From: Candidatus Eiseniibacteriota bacterium
GTDB taxonomy: Bacteria > Eisenbacteria > RBG-16-71-46 > SZUA-252
Length of the DNA stretch: 64,000 nucleotides
Direction: 5' to 3'
Assembly (NCBI GenBank): GCA_031370645.1
Contig: JANMQV010000152.1
Span: forward strand, 102,473-166,472
Shown here piece by piece: positions 30,099-41,200 of the stretch. The translations under genes were made by a program, and so were the position numbers. The notes under the pieces are model-generated. The model was not told where the DNA came from. It did no database searches and saw nothing but the letters and a program-made list of their open reading frames with translations. How positions within the stretch are numbered: the first letter of the stretch is position 1; the number at the start of each line of letters is the position of its first letter.

Positions 30099-31301
30099 AT
30101 GAGCACGGAAGCGCTCCCCAGCGCAGCAGTTTCCCTGGAGGAAATCGTCGCCACGGATCCCTCGTCGGCGCTCTACCTGCCGCTCGCGGAGCGACTCCTT
30201 TCGCGCGGACAGGTTTCGGAGGCCGTCCGGCTCTGTGAGGACCGCCGCGCCCGCCCCGGGCGAGGCGTCGGAGATCACATCGTCCTCGGCCGCTGCTATC
30301 TGGCCGACGGCCGCCTGGCCGAAGCGCGCGAGCAGTTCCACGCCGCCCTCGCCCTCGATCGCGAGAACGTCGTCGCGTTGAAGTCGATGGCAGGCATTCT
30401 CTCGCACGATGGGCGCCACGCCGAAGCCGCCGATCTCTACCGGGCGGTTTGCCGCGTCGATGCCGGCGACCTCGAATCGCAATCGGCGCTTCACCAGATC
30501 ACCTCGGGCGACTATCCCGAGGTGCGTCCGCCGGAAGTGATCGTCTCGCAGGGCGATCTCCGCTGGCAGCCGGTCCGCCTCACGCGCGAGGAAGATCACC
30601 TCTCGGAACTCGGGCTCGGACTTCGCACCTTCGAGTCGCTCGATGCGGGATCACTTCGCCCCTCGGTGCCGATCGCCGGAATGGCGTCGCCCGGCTCCGC
30701 CTCGATTCCAACGATGCCCGCGAATCTGCCGTGGCCGGTCGATCCCGAGGAGATGATCCTCAGGCCCGAAGAGCTCACGATCGGTCCGCGCTTCCCGCAC
30801 GAAGCGAATCCCGAACCGCCGACGCCGACTCCCGCGCCGAGGCGTCCCGAAGTCGTGGTTCCGGCGGGCGCGGTGCCCGACGGCGGACTTCACAACCGGC
30901 TCGGCTCTCTCGACGTGCAGGAATTCCAGGTGAGCGCGCTCGAGCGAATCGACGATGCCCTTCGGCCTGTGGAAATTCGAGAACTCGGGGAAGTGGCGGC
31001 GCCCGATGCGACGGCCCCGCCGCCAATCGTTTCGCCAATCGTTCCGGCCCTGGAGTCGAAGACTCAGGAAGGGACTCGTCCGCGCATGGCCCCGACGCGT
31101 TCCGCCGTCTGGGGCGAGGAGCCCGTTTCGGCCGATTCGTCTCCTCCCGCCGCGACCCTGAACGAATCGAATCTCGACTCGCCGGCGAGCGAGCCGTCCG
31201 CGATCGCCGACTCGGGCGATCCATCGGCGGACCCGCGTCCGATCGTCGAAGGGAATCGCACCGCGTTCGAGACCTGGCTTCGACGGCTGGGAGGGAAGTA
31301 G
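30099..31301 (+). CDS. N-terminal TPR protein with a long Pro/acidic disordered region and short C-terminal helix (FETWLRRL)
   Basis: TPR-like S.LYLPLAE...LGRCYLADG...ALALD.EN in the first ~135 aa; remainder is low complexity. Confidence 0.78.
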   Translation: MSTEALPSAAVSLEEIVATDPSSALYLPLAERLLSRGQVSEAVRLCEDRRARPGRGVGDHIVLGRCYLADGRLAEAREQFHAALALDRENVVALKSMAGILSHDGRHAEAADLYRAVCRVDAGDLESQSALHQITSGDYPEVRPPEVIVSQGDLRWQPVRLTREEDHLSELGLGLRTFESLDAGSLRPSVPIAGMASPGSASIPTMPANLPWPVDPEEMILRPEELTIGPRFPHEANPEPPTPTPAPRRPEVVVPAGAVPDGGLHNRLGSLDVQEFQVSALERIDDALRPVEIRELGEVAAPDATAPPPIVSPIVPALESKTQEGTRPRMAPTRSAVWGEEPVSADSSPPAATLNESNLDSPASEPSAIADSGDPSADPRPIVEGNRTAFETWLRRLGGK

Positions 31302-31303
31302 GG

Positions 31304-31768
31304 ATGGCGCAGGACGTGTGGGTCCTCCACGGACCGAATCTGAATCTCCTCGGACGGCGCGAACCGAAGATCTACGGCCGCGACACGCTCGCCGTCATCG
31401 ATGCGCGCCTGGCGGCGCTCGGAGAAGAACTCGGGCTCCGGGTCACGTCGTTCCAGAGCAACCACGAGGGAGCCCTGATCGACCGGCTCCAGATCGCCAT
31501 GGACGAGGCCGACGGCGTCGTCCTGAACGCGGGGGCGCTCACGCACACGAGCATGGCGCTCGGCGACACGCTCCGCGCGATGACGATCCCGGTCGTCGAA
31601 GTCCATCTCTCCAACCTGTACGCCCGCGAGCGCGAGCGACAGGCGAACCTCACGGCGGCGGCCGCGGCCGGCGTCATCATGGGGTTCGGCCCGGTCGGAT
31701 ACGAGTTGGCGCTGCGGGCGCTCTCGGCGCGTTTCCGGCCCCGCCGTAAGCGAGGGGGGAAGGCATGA
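31304..31768 (+). CDS. aroQ: Type II 3-dehydroquinate dehydratase
   Basis: ATG 31304; [39 protein letters not shown]. Confidence 0.96.
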   Translation: MAQDVWVLHGPNLNLLGRREPKIYGRDTLAVIDARLAALGEELGLRVTSFQSNHEGALIDRLQIAMDEADGVVLNAGALTHTSMALGDTLRAMTIPVVEVHLSNLYARERERQANLTAAAAAGVIMGFGPVGYELALRALSARFRPRRKRGGKA

Positions 31769-32244
31769 GCCTTCGCGGCATGATTCAAGAACTGCTGCAG
31801 ATCATGAAGGACGAGAACCTTGCGGAGATCGAAGTGCGCCGCTGGTTCACGACGATCCGCCTCCGGCGCCCGGGCGCGGAGCATGTCGCCGTGAGCGCTC
31901 CGGTTCAGCCCGCGCCGTCCGCGCTGGCGGGTTCCGCGGCGGCGACCACGGCCGCGGTATCGGACGCGCCGCACGCGGCGGACGCGTCGAAGAATCTCGT
32001 CCCGATCCGATCGCCGATGGTCGGAACCTTCTATCGCTCCCCGGCGCCCGACGCCGACCCGTACATCGAGGTGAACAGCCCGGTCGACGTGGGGCAGACC
32101 GTCTGCATCGTCGAAGCGATGAAGCTGATGAACGAAATCGAATCGGAAGTGCGCGGCCGCATTCATCAGGTGCTCGTGGAAAACGCGACGCCCGTGGAGT
32201 ACGGCCAGGTGCTCTTCCTGGTGGAAGTGGATCGCGCGGCGTAG
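31765..32244 (+). CDS. accB: Acetyl-CoA carboxylase biotin carboxyl carrier protein
   Basis: [23 protein letters not shown] biotinylation motif, PVEYGQ.LF. Confidence 0.97.
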   Translation: MSLRGMIQELLQIMKDENLAEIEVRRWFTTIRLRRPGAEHVAVSAPVQPAPSALAGSAAATTAAVSDAPHAADASKNLVPIRSPMVGTFYRSPAPDADPYIEVNSPVDVGQTVCIVEAMKLMNEIESEVRGRIHQVLVENATPVEYGQVLFLVEVDRAA

Positions 32245-32262
32245 GCCGCGCCGGAGGGTGGG

Positions 32263-33384
32263 ATGAACGTCAAACGCGTGCTGCAGAAGGTGGTCGAGAT
32301 GAAGGCCTCGGACCTGCACGTCAAGGTCGGCACCAAGCCGATCGCGCGCGTGAACGGCGAGTTGGTCATGATCGACGAGCCGGCGCCGACTCAGGCGGAC
32401 CTCGACACCGTGGTGGATCAGATCCTCACGGGGAAACAGAAACGGGTGTTCGAGGAGACGAAGGAGATCGACTTCGCCTTCGGCGTCACGGGGCTCGCCC
32501 GCTTTCGCACGAACTTCTACCAGCAGCGCGGCACGACCGCGATGGTCTTCCGGCAGGTGCCGGCCAACGTTCCGGCGTTCGAGGATCTGAACCTTCCGAC
32601 GATTATCGAAGACGTGGCGTCGCGGCAGCGCGGGCTGATTCTCGTCTGCGGCACGGTCGGCTCGGGCAAGTCGACGACGCTCGCCGCCATGCTCGACAGT
32701 GTGAACCGCCGCGAGGCGAAGAACATCATCACCATCGAGGACCCGGTCGAGTTCCTCTTCCGAGACAAGAAGTCGTGCATCTCCCAGCGCGAGGTCGGGC
32801 TCGATACCGAGACGTTCCACGAGGGGCTGAAGCACATCCTCCGCCAGGATCCCGACGTCATCATGATCGGTGAAATCCGGGACGCGGAGACGATGCGGAC
32901 CGCCCTCATGGCGGCCGACACCGGGCACCTTGTCTTCTCCACGCTCCACACGATCGACGCCGCGCAGACGGTGAACCGAATCATCTCCTTCTTCCCGCCG
33001 CACCAGCACGAGGAGATCCGCTACCTCCTGGCCGGGACGCTCCAAGCGGTGATCGCGCTCCGACTCATTCCGCGCTCGGACGTTGAAGGACGCGTGCCGG
33101 CGTGCGAAGTGATGCTCGTCACTTCCACGATCCGCGAGTACCTGCGCGATCCCGAGAAGACATCGCTCATCTCGAGCGCCATCGCCGACGGCGTGTCGCA
33201 GTACAACATGCAGTCGTTCGACCAGTCGATCATGCGCTTCTACACGGAAGGGAAGATCACCCTCGAAAACGCGCTTCGTTACTCGTCGAATCCGACCGAG
33301 TTCGAACTGCGCGTGAAGGGGATCCACGCCACCTCGGACGAATCATGGAAGACGTTCGAGGCGAAGGTAGAGCCGGCCTCCTAG
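32263..33384 (+). CDS. Type IV pilus retraction ATPase, PilT/PilU family
   Basis: ASDLH, Walker A GTVGSGKSTT, Asp box TIEDPVE, Walker B PDVIMIGEIRD, His box GHLVFSTLH; AIRNLIRE-equivalent reads TIREYLRD. Confidence 0.93.
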   Translation: MNVKRVLQKVVEMKASDLHVKVGTKPIARVNGELVMIDEPAPTQADLDTVVDQILTGKQKRVFEETKEIDFAFGVTGLARFRTNFYQQRGTTAMVFRQVPANVPAFEDLNLPTIIEDVASRQRGLILVCGTVGSGKSTTLAAMLDSVNRREAKNIITIEDPVEFLFRDKKSCISQREVGLDTETFHEGLKHILRQDPDVIMIGEIRDAETMRTALMAADTGHLVFSTLHTIDAAQTVNRIISFFPPHQHEEIRYLLAGTLQAVIALRLIPRSDVEGRVPACEVMLVTSTIREYLRDPEKTSLISSAIADGVSQYNMQSFDQSIMRFYTEGKITLENALRYSSNPTEFELRVKGIHATSDESWKTFEAKVEPAS

Positions 33385-33408
33385 CGGCCGGCCGCCACGC
33401 CCCTTCCG

Positions 33409-34770
33409 ATGATCCAGAAGATCCTCGTCGCCAATCGCGGAGAAATCGCGCTCCGCGTCGTGCGCGCGGCGCGCGAGCTCGGTATCAAGACGGTCGCCGT
33501 CTACTCCGAGGCCGACCGGGAATCGCTTCACGTGCGGCTCGCCGACGAGGCCGTCTGCATCGGGCCGGCCCCCTCGTCCGCCTCCTATCTCTACATCCCC
33601 CGCATCATCAGCGCCGCCGAGATCACGGCGTGCGACGCCATTCATCCCGGCTACGGTTTCCTCTCCGAGAACGCGCACTTCGCCGAGATCTGCGAGTCGT
33701 GCAACATCCGCTTCATCGGCCCGACGTCGGAGATGATCCGGACGATGGGAGACAAGGCCGTCGCGCGGAAGACCGCCGTCGAGGCCGGCGTCCCCGTCAC
33801 GCCGGGGAGCGCGGGCGTTCTGAATTCGCCCGAGGAGGCCGTGGACACGGCGAAGGCGCTCGGCTACCCGGTCATCATCAAGGCGGCGGCGGGCGGAGGC
33901 GGGAAGGGAATGCGCGTGGCGCACGACGAGGCGTCGCTTCGAAACGGCGTCCTCACCGCGCAGGCGGAAGCCGAGGCGAACTTCGGATCGGGGCAGGTCT
34001 ACCTGGAGCGCTACGTCGAGAAGCCGCGCCACATCGAATTCCAGATCATCGGCGACCGGCAGGGGAACATCGTCCATCTCGGCGAGCGCGAGTGCTCCAT
34101 TCAGCGCCGACATCAGAAACTGATCGAAGAGTCGCCGAGCGTGGCGTTGACGCCCGAGCTCCGGACGAAGATGGGGGAGGCGGCGGTTCGCGCCGCGGCC
34201 GCCATTCGCTACGAGAGCACCGGGACGATCGAATTTCTGCTCGCGCCGAACGGCGAGTTCTACTTCATGGAGATGAACACGCGCATCCAGGTGGAGCATC
34301 CGGTCACCGAGGAGGTCACGAAACTCGACCTCATCAAGGCGCAGATCGCCGTGGCGGCGGGGGAGCCGCTTCCCTGGAAGCAGTCGGAGATCACGTTCCA
34401 AGGGCACGCGCTCGAATGCCGGATCAACGCCGAGAGCGCCGACAAGAATTTCCGTCCCTCGCCGGGTCTCGTGAAGTACTTCCACGCGCCCGGCGGTCCC
34501 GGCGTGCGCGTCGACAGTCACCTCTACTCCGGCTACACCGTGCCGCCCTACTACGATTCGATGGTGGCGAAGATCATCTGCTGGGGCCGCGACCGCGAGG
34601 AGTCGATCGCGCGGATGCGCCGCGCGCTCCTCGAGATCGTGGTCGACGGCATCGAGACGACCATTCCGTTCCACCGCCGCATCCTGGATGACGAGGGGTT
34701 CCTGAAGGGGGACATCCACACCGGCTATCTGGAATCGTGGCTTCAGGCGAACGCGGCGGCGACGCCGTGA
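33409..34770 (+). CDS. accC: Acetyl-CoA carboxylase biotin carboxylase subunit
   Basis: [60 protein letters not shown]. Confidence 0.97.
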   Translation: MIQKILVANRGEIALRVVRAARELGIKTVAVYSEADRESLHVRLADEAVCIGPAPSSASYLYIPRIISAAEITACDAIHPGYGFLSENAHFAEICESCNIRFIGPTSEMIRTMGDKAVARKTAVEAGVPVTPGSAGVLNSPEEAVDTAKALGYPVIIKAAAGGGGKGMRVAHDEASLRNGVLTAQAEAEANFGSGQVYLERYVEKPRHIEFQIIGDRQGNIVHLGERECSIQRRHQKLIEESPSVALTPELRTKMGEAAVRAAAAIRYESTGTIEFLLAPNGEFYFMEMNTRIQVEHPVTEEVTKLDLIKAQIAVAAGEPLPWKQSEITFQGHALECRINAESADKNFRPSPGLVKYFHAPGGPGVRVDSHLYSGYTVPPYYDSMVAKIICWGRDREESIARMRRALLEIVVDGIETTIPFHRRILDDEGFLKGDIHTGYLESWLQANAAATP

Positions 34771-35534
34771 CCCCCCGCGCGATCGGACGAATCGACCTCC
34801 ACGACACGCCGCACGAAGTCGAGCGAGGGGCGCTCGAGAATCGGCAACTCGTGGTGGTCGACGTGCTTCGGAGCTGCACCACGATCGCCACCGCGCTTCG
34901 AAACGGCGCCGCGAAGGTGATTCCGGTGGCGACGGTGGAAGAGGCGATGCGCCTCGCGCAGACGATGGACGCGAAGCAGCGGCTCCTCTGCGGCGAGCGC
35001 GACGGCGAGAAGGTGAACGGCTTCGACCTCGGGAACTCCCCCCTCGAATACGACAAGGCCCGCGTCGAAGGGAAGACGCTCCTCTTCGCCTCCACGAACG
35101 CGAGCCCGGTCATGGCGGGACTCTTGTCGGGATTCGAGCAGCGGCTTCTTGCCTACGTCAACGTGAGCGCGGTGGCGGACGCGGTGCGGAACGAGGGGGC
35201 GGATCTCACGATCGTCTGCTCCGGGCGAAACGGGCGCCTCTCGCTGGAGGATACGGCCTGCGCCGGAGCGCTCATTCGGCGCGTGATGGAGGGCGCGGGG
35301 AAGAGCGGTTCCGGCAAGGGGAGTGCGAAGCCGGAGTTGAACGACGCGGCCGAGATGGCGGCCGCCTACGACAAAGTCCACGGTGGCGATCCGGAGAAGA
35401 TCCTCCGTCGGAGCGACCATGGGCGCTATCTCATCGAACTCGGATTCGAGGACGACCTGCCGCTCTGCGCGGCGGTCGATTCCGTGCCGGTCGTGCCGCT
35501 CCTGCGGGACGGGCGGATCACGAACGGCGGTTAG
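34767..35534 (+). CDS. comB: 2-phosphosulfolactate phosphatase-like (ComB family)
   Basis: [40 protein letters not shown] start overlaps accC stop. Confidence 0.88.
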   Translation: MTPRAIGRIDLHDTPHEVERGALENRQLVVVDVLRSCTTIATALRNGAAKVIPVATVEEAMRLAQTMDAKQRLLCGERDGEKVNGFDLGNSPLEYDKARVEGKTLLFASTNASPVMAGLLSGFEQRLLAYVNVSAVADAVRNEGADLTIVCSGRNGRLSLEDTACAGALIRRVMEGAGKSGSGKGSAKPELNDAAEMAAAYDKVHGGDPEKILRRSDHGRYLIELGFEDDLPLCAAVDSVPVVPLLRDGRITNGG

Positions 35535-35565
35535 CGCAGGGTCTCATTCCAGCGCGCGATCCCGC

Positions 35566-36648
35566 TCATCCACCTCTCCTCGCTCGTCGGAAGAGCTCCA
35601 GCGCCAAGATGCCGAACACGAGATTCCCGAGCCATGCCGCGAGCATCGGCGGAAGCGCGCCGTTATGCCCGAGCGCCTGCCCCGTTCTGATGAGCGCGTA
35701 GTAGATGAAGGAGATGAAGACCGAAAGACCGAACGCGATCGCGAGCCCGCCGCGCCGGTTTCGAAGTGCGAGGGCCACGCCGATCAAGACGACGATCAGG
35801 TTCGTGAGCGGGAAGGAAATCTTGAGGTAGAGCTCCACGAGATACTTCTGCACGCGGCTCCCGCTCTGGTGGAGCCGGTCGATGTAGTTCTCGAGTTGCC
35901 AGTAGGAGAGTCCCTTCGGATCTTCTTCCGCTTCCGCGAAATCCTCGGGGCGCTCCTTCAATCCGGGAATCGTCAGCTCGTTGAACTGCGCGGCGGTCTC
36001 GCCGCCGCGATCGAAGCGCCGCGTGTAGCCGTTCCGGAAGACCCAGCGCCCCTTCTCCCACTTGCCCGTGGCGGCGTCGATGCGTCCCGTGAGGGCGTTC
36101 TCGCGCACTTCCTGGATCACGACCTCTCTCATCTCCTTCTGAGCGATGAGATAGGAGCGAATGAGAAACGTCCGTCCGCCCGAGCCGAGGTACGCGAGAT
36201 TCGTCCGCGCTTGCGGCCCCTCGAGGTTCTCCTTCTTGATCTCCCCCCGGTAGAGCCGAATTCGCCGCGCGTTCAAGTCGGGGAGGACCATCTCGTTCAC
36301 CGTGAACGCGAGGAGGCTCACGATCACCGCCATGCCGATCAGCGGTGCGGCGATCCGCGCCGGGCCGAGCCCCGCCGTTCGCATGGCGTTCAATTCGTTC
36401 GTGCGTCCGAGTTGCCCCAGGGCGAGGAGGCACGAGAGAAGCATGGCCATCGGCAGCACCTGAAGCGCGATGCCGGGAACGCCCATGGCGTAATAGGCCG
36501 CCACGATGTGGGCGGGGACGTGATTGTCGAGGTAGGTGTCGATCTTCTCGAAGAGGTCGACCACGATGAAGACCACGACGAAGAAGACGAGCGCCGCGAA
36601 GAGGGCGGAGAGCGTTTCGCGAAGGACGTAGCGATCGAGGATCTTCAC
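35566..36648 (-). CDS. lptG: LPS export ABC transporter permease LptG
   Basis: GTG 36648 (VKILDRYVLRE); NELNAMRTAG, multiple TM helices, KISFP, WLGN. Confidence 0.88.
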   Translation of the reverse strand: MKILDRYVLRETLSALFAALVFFVVVFIVVDLFEKIDTYLDNHVPAHIVAAYYAMGVPGIALQVLPMAMLLSCLLALGQLGRTNELNAMRTAGLGPARIAAPLIGMAVIVSLLAFTVNEMVLPDLNARRIRLYRGEIKKENLEGPQARTNLAYLGSGGRTFLIRSYLIAQKEMREVVIQEVRENALTGRIDAATGKWEKGRWVFRNGYTRRFDRGGETAAQFNELTIPGLKERPEDFAEAEEDPKGLSYWQLENYIDRLHQSGSRVQKYLVELYLKISFPLTNLIVVLIGVALALRNRRGGLAIAFGLSVFISFIYYALIRTGQALGHNGALPPMLAAWLGNLVFGILALELFRRARRGG

Positions 36649-38081
36649 GCGGGGGTCGCCGGGGCGTGAGGAGGCGTGGTGCGGCGGCGGCGCTTCGGAC
36701 GCCGGATCACCTCGGCGGCCTGCAGCGTGAGGACGGCGCCGATCGCGCCGATGACGATGTTCGGCGCCCACATGGCGAACCAGGGGACGAGAATCCGCCG
36801 GTCCGCGAGCTCTTCTCCGCCGGCGAGGCAGAGGTAGTAGAAAACGAAGAAGAGGATCGAGAGAAACGCGACCGAAATTCCGCTCTTCCGCGCGCGCATG
36901 CCAAGCGGCGCCCCGACGAGCACGAAGACGAGGCAGGCGGCGGGGATCGAGAACTTCTTCTGCACTTCCACCTCGAGGCTGTTCGCGCGGCGCTCGAGTC
37001 CGTCGATCTCCAACTGCCGCATCTGAATCAGATCCATCGTGACCGGCGAGATGACGCGGACCGCGCTCGTGCCGCCGTCGCGCGCTCGCTCGGGGAGCCC
37101 GGTGGCGATCACGCCGACCGATCCGAGGGCGCGAAGCGCGTTCCGGAGCCACGCCTGGATGCCCCGTGGCGCCGGGTGGGGCACCGCCGCGCGAACGAAT
37201 TCGTCGTACGACTCGAAGCCGGCGCTCTCCAAAATCTGGTTTCGAACCTCTTTCGCCGCGTCTAAGTCATGACGCACCAGCCGGATGGCCTCCTGCATCA
37301 TGCCCAAGTTCATCTCCCGGTCGCCGCGGGCGGACTTGTTCCTCCGCTCCAGATCGGTCCCCGGTGACCGAATATTAATGAGGTGCGTCTTGAACATAAG
37401 CCGCCGGTAGGTCCGTTCGTCGTCGTTGGGCGGAACTTCGTGGATCTCGCCGTCGTGCAGCTCGAGCGTCATCACGCGGCCATCAGGCGTGTTGTGGATC
37501 CTTCCCCACTCGGCGAGGATCGTCGTGGGGCGCGCGGTGGTGTTCAACTGATAGATCTTAACGCCCCGGATCTCGTTCGTCCGGCTGTTCACTTTTTCGA
37601 CGAAGATGTTGTACCCCTCGAAGGCGTCGATGAAGACCCCTTCGGTGATCTGCGCGGTGGGGCGCTTTCGGCTCACGTCGGACATGAGGCTCGCGAGCGC
37701 GTGATTCGACTCGGGCAGGACCAGGTTGTTGAAGAGGACCAGGAGCCCCGCGAGCACCGCGGCCGCGCCGAGTGGCGCGCCGATGATGCGCGCGAGATTC
37801 ACGCCGGTCGAGCGCATGGCGGAAATCTCGTTGTCTTGCGAGAGGCGGCCGAACGCCGCGAGCGACGCGATGAGGACCGCGCAGGGGAACGCCAGCGCCA
37901 CCATGTAGCCGAGGGAGAGGACGAAGAGTTCCAGGACGATCCCGAGGCTCACGCCCTTTCCGATGGCGAGATCGACGAGATCGAAGAGGAAATCGAGCGT
38001 CAACAAGAACACGACGATGCTGAACCCGATGAGAAACGGGAACAGGTGCTCGCGGAGGACGTAACGTTCGAGTATTCTCAT
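36645..38081 (-). CDS. lptF: LPS export ABC transporter permease LptF
   Basis: ATG 38081 (MRILERYVLRE); GRLSQDNEISAMRSTG, KKFSIPAACLVF..VGAPLG, MWAPN; paired with lptG. Confidence 0.88.
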   Translation of the reverse strand: MRILERYVLREHLFPFLIGFSIVVFLLTLDFLFDLVDLAIGKGVSLGIVLELFVLSLGYMVALAFPCAVLIASLAAFGRLSQDNEISAMRSTGVNLARIIGAPLGAAAVLAGLLVLFNNLVLPESNHALASLMSDVSRKRPTAQITEGVFIDAFEGYNIFVEKVNSRTNEIRGVKIYQLNTTARPTTILAEWGRIHNTPDGRVMTLELHDGEIHEVPPNDDERTYRRLMFKTHLINIRSPGTDLERRNKSARGDREMNLGMMQEAIRLVRHDLDAAKEVRNQILESAGFESYDEFVRAAVPHPAPRGIQAWLRNALRALGSVGVIATGLPERARDGGTSAVRVISPVTMDLIQMRQLEIDGLERRANSLEVEVQKKFSIPAACLVFVLVGAPLGMRARKSGISVAFLSILFFVFYYLCLAGGEELADRRILVPWFAMWAPNIVIGAIGAVLTLQAAEVIRRPKRRRRTTPPHAPATPA

Positions 38082-38118
38082 TCGGGTCGCCGAGGCGAGC
38101 CCCGGCAGGTCTAGGCGC

Positions 38119-38148
38119 AGTATAGGGAGCCCCGCCGACCCGGCGCAA
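38119..38148 (-). promoter_or_regulatory. Putative sigma-70 promoter for lptFG
   Basis: Minus strand reads TTGCGC, 18-nt spacer, TATACT, about 40 nt upstream of the lptF ATG. Confidence 0.4.
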
Positions 38149-38194
38149 TCCTCTGGGTGGATTCCAACTCCTTCCGAGAGAATCGTTTCCGGTT

Positions 38195-38222
38195 CGAACT
38201 TCACCGTGCGAGAGGGGTACAA
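38195..38222 (+). promoter_or_regulatory. Putative ECF-sigma promoter upstream of sprA
   Basis: GAACTT-N15-GTACAA; aligns without gaps to the motif upstream of the ECF sigma gene (shared GAAC.T..CCG.......GGGGTA..A). Confidence 0.4.
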
Positions 38223-38257
38223 GGACTGTCGTCGGCCCCGAATTCCCCGGGGCCGTA

Positions 38258-41200
38258 GTGCGTGAAGGGATGCCCAACGCTCAACTCGTCAGCCGCACCA
38301 AGATCCGCCGCTCGCTGGTATGGCCCGGGGCGTGGCCCGGCCCGCCGGGGGCTCGCATCGGCGTGCCCGGAGTGAGGGGAGAGCGTCGGACCTCGATCGC
38401 GACGGGGGCGCTCCTCGTCGCCGCCGCCCTCCTCGCCATCGCGCCCCACGCTGCCGCCGATCTTCGCTTCGACCCCCTCGACCCTCAAGCCCAGGCGGCC
38501 GATCCCACCGCCGAATCCATGCCGCCCGGATTTCCGAAAGGATGGCGGCTCACCGTCGAATCACCGATCCCGGGGACGTCGGCCTGGCAGACGCAGGTCG
38601 CCCTCGATCCCTCCACCGGCACCGTGCGCGAGCGCTATCGCGCCGGGAACGTGGAGGTTCGGGAGCCCCTCGTCGCACCGACTCTCGACTACAACGAACT
38701 CCTGACCGAACGGACCGAGCGACGGCTCTGGCGCGAGCGGACGAAGTCGACGCGCTCCGTGAACAAGACGGTAACCCGTCGAGGGGCCGGCCTCGTCTTC
38801 AAGTTTCCCCTGGTCCTTCCACCGGCAGTACGGAGCATCGTCGGTAACGGCGCTCCTAGCATCGAGGTCTCCGGAAGCGAACGGATCTCCATTCTCGGCA
38901 CGAGCGACTGGCTCGCTCGCGGCAATCTCTACCAGGGGATTTCCGGTGAGCGACAGCGCCAGGGCGCGTTCCCCGCCTTCGAAATGAAGCAGGAGCTGAG
39001 CGTCAACATGACCGGCTCCATCGGCGACAAGATCAAAGTCGACGTCGATCAGTCGAGCAACGTCAGCACCAATCTCGACAACAAGGTGAAGCTCCGCTAC
39101 GAAGGCGACGAAGACGACATGATCAAGACGATCGACCTCGGAAACACGAACCTCTCGCTGCAGGGGGCGTCGCTTCGCCAGGAGGGGCTCTTCGGTATCA
39201 AGACCGCGGCGAAGATGGGGAATTTCGACGTCACCCTCATCGCGAGCAAGCAGGACGCGAAGACGGAGACGGCGCGCTTCACCCCCTCCGGCGAGAAGCG
39301 GGCGGTGAAGGTCACCGACATCGAATGCATTCGCCGGACCTATTACTTCATCGCCGATCACCCCATCGATGCGTCGGCGATGAACTTGATCGTCTACCGG
39401 GCCGACCCGTCCTACAACGCCACCTCCTTTCCCGGCGACGGGCGCCTCGATCCGACGTTGCCCGCCGACTCGATCTCGACTCCCGGAAACCCGCAGCAGT
39501 TCGGGCGCTGGTTGCCGCTCACCATCGGGCAGGACTACGACCTCATCTATCCCTACGTGCTGACGAACACGCCGGGAAACGTGAAGATTCCCGTGATTCG
39601 CCTGCGCGCACAACTCGGCACGTCCCAGATGCTCGGCGTCTCCTATTACGACCTCGGAAGGCAGGTCCAGGTCGGCTTGACGGACAAGGTAGAGAACCTC
39701 GCTCTCGGAAAGCCGGCGGGAGAATACCTGCTCCTGAAAATGTTGAAGCCGCCCGAGGGCGAGTTCACGACGACCGCGAATGACCTCTTCGACCGGAACG
39801 CGCCCTGGTTCCCGGCGCTCGCGTACGAACTGCGGAATTTCTACGATCTGGGCGGCCGAGAGATCGACCGTTCGTCGCTCTCGATCAAGGTGCGGAAGAT
39901 CGACAACAGCCTCCCGACGCATCCGGACGAAGTGGGCGGCGTGCCGCTCGTGAGGATTCTCGGCCTCGACCACCAGGGAAAGGCGGGGAGCGACGAGCCG
40001 TTTCAGCCCGACGGCCTGGTGGACGACCAGTTCATCGATACCGACACCGGCATCATGTTCTTTCCCGACCTCCACCCCTTCGCTCCCGACACGAGTGCCG
40101 CGTACCGCGCCCTCTGCGGTCCCGACGCGGGCGGATTTCTCTGCCTCGACAATTTGAAAACGAACACCCTCTGGGCCGATTCGAACTTCGTGAACCTGAA
40201 CGTCTACTACGACCGGCAGCCCGATCCAGGGAAGGACGAGCGCTACTTCATCGACGCGGAGTTCAAGAGCAGCCAGCAGGGCTTCTATCTCGGCCGGTTC
40301 GGCATCTTGGAGAACTCCGAGCAGGTGAAGGTGGACGGCATCCCGCAGCGGCGCGTTTCCGACTATCGGATCGATTACGACACCGGGCTCCTCACCTTCA
40401 CGAAGGCTCCCGGTCCGGAGCAGGTGATCACCGCCGACTTCTCCTACGCGCCGGGCTTCGGCCAGGTGCAACGCTCCCTCGTCGGTTTCTCGGGCGGCTA
40501 CAACCCGTCGTCGAATTTCTCCCTCTCCTCGAGCCTCCTTCGCGAGGCGCGCGGGGCGCAGGAGACGAACCCGAAGCTAGGCGAAGAGCCCGCGACCTCC
40601 ATGCTCGGTGATTTCGGCGCGGTCATGTCGTTCCGGCCGTTCTGGATGACGCGGCTCGCCGACCAGGTGCCCGGGATCACGACCGATCAGCAGTCGGCGC
40701 TCAACGTTCAGGGGAATTTCTCGGTCAGCCTTCCGAATCCGAACACGAAGGGCGAGGCCTACATCGACGACATGGAAGGGAACCGCGAGTCGAACACGAT
40801 CGGCTTGGGGCGCCTCTCCTGGTTCTGGAGCAGCGTCCCCGTGAATCGGCAGAAGCCGCGAAAGGCCGGCTTGCCCCCCGCCGATTCGATCGCGAACGCA
40901 GCCCTCACGCCTGTCTCGAGCCTCGTCACCGACCACGCCCGGCTCGAGTGGTTCAATCCGCGCCCCGACGGCCCCACCGCCGCGCAAGAGTGGGACATCA
41001 AGCCGGTCTTGAAACAGTCGGAGGGGGGGGACAACAACCACCAGGTGCTCGAGCTGAACGTGAGAGCACCCGATGACACCACGCTGATCGACAGCGCCGA
41101 TTGGACCGGAATCACGCAATCGCTCTCCACGGTGGGACAGGACTTCTCTCGCGTCCGCTTCGTGGAGGTCTGGGTGAATGACTTCACGAAGGACCACGAC

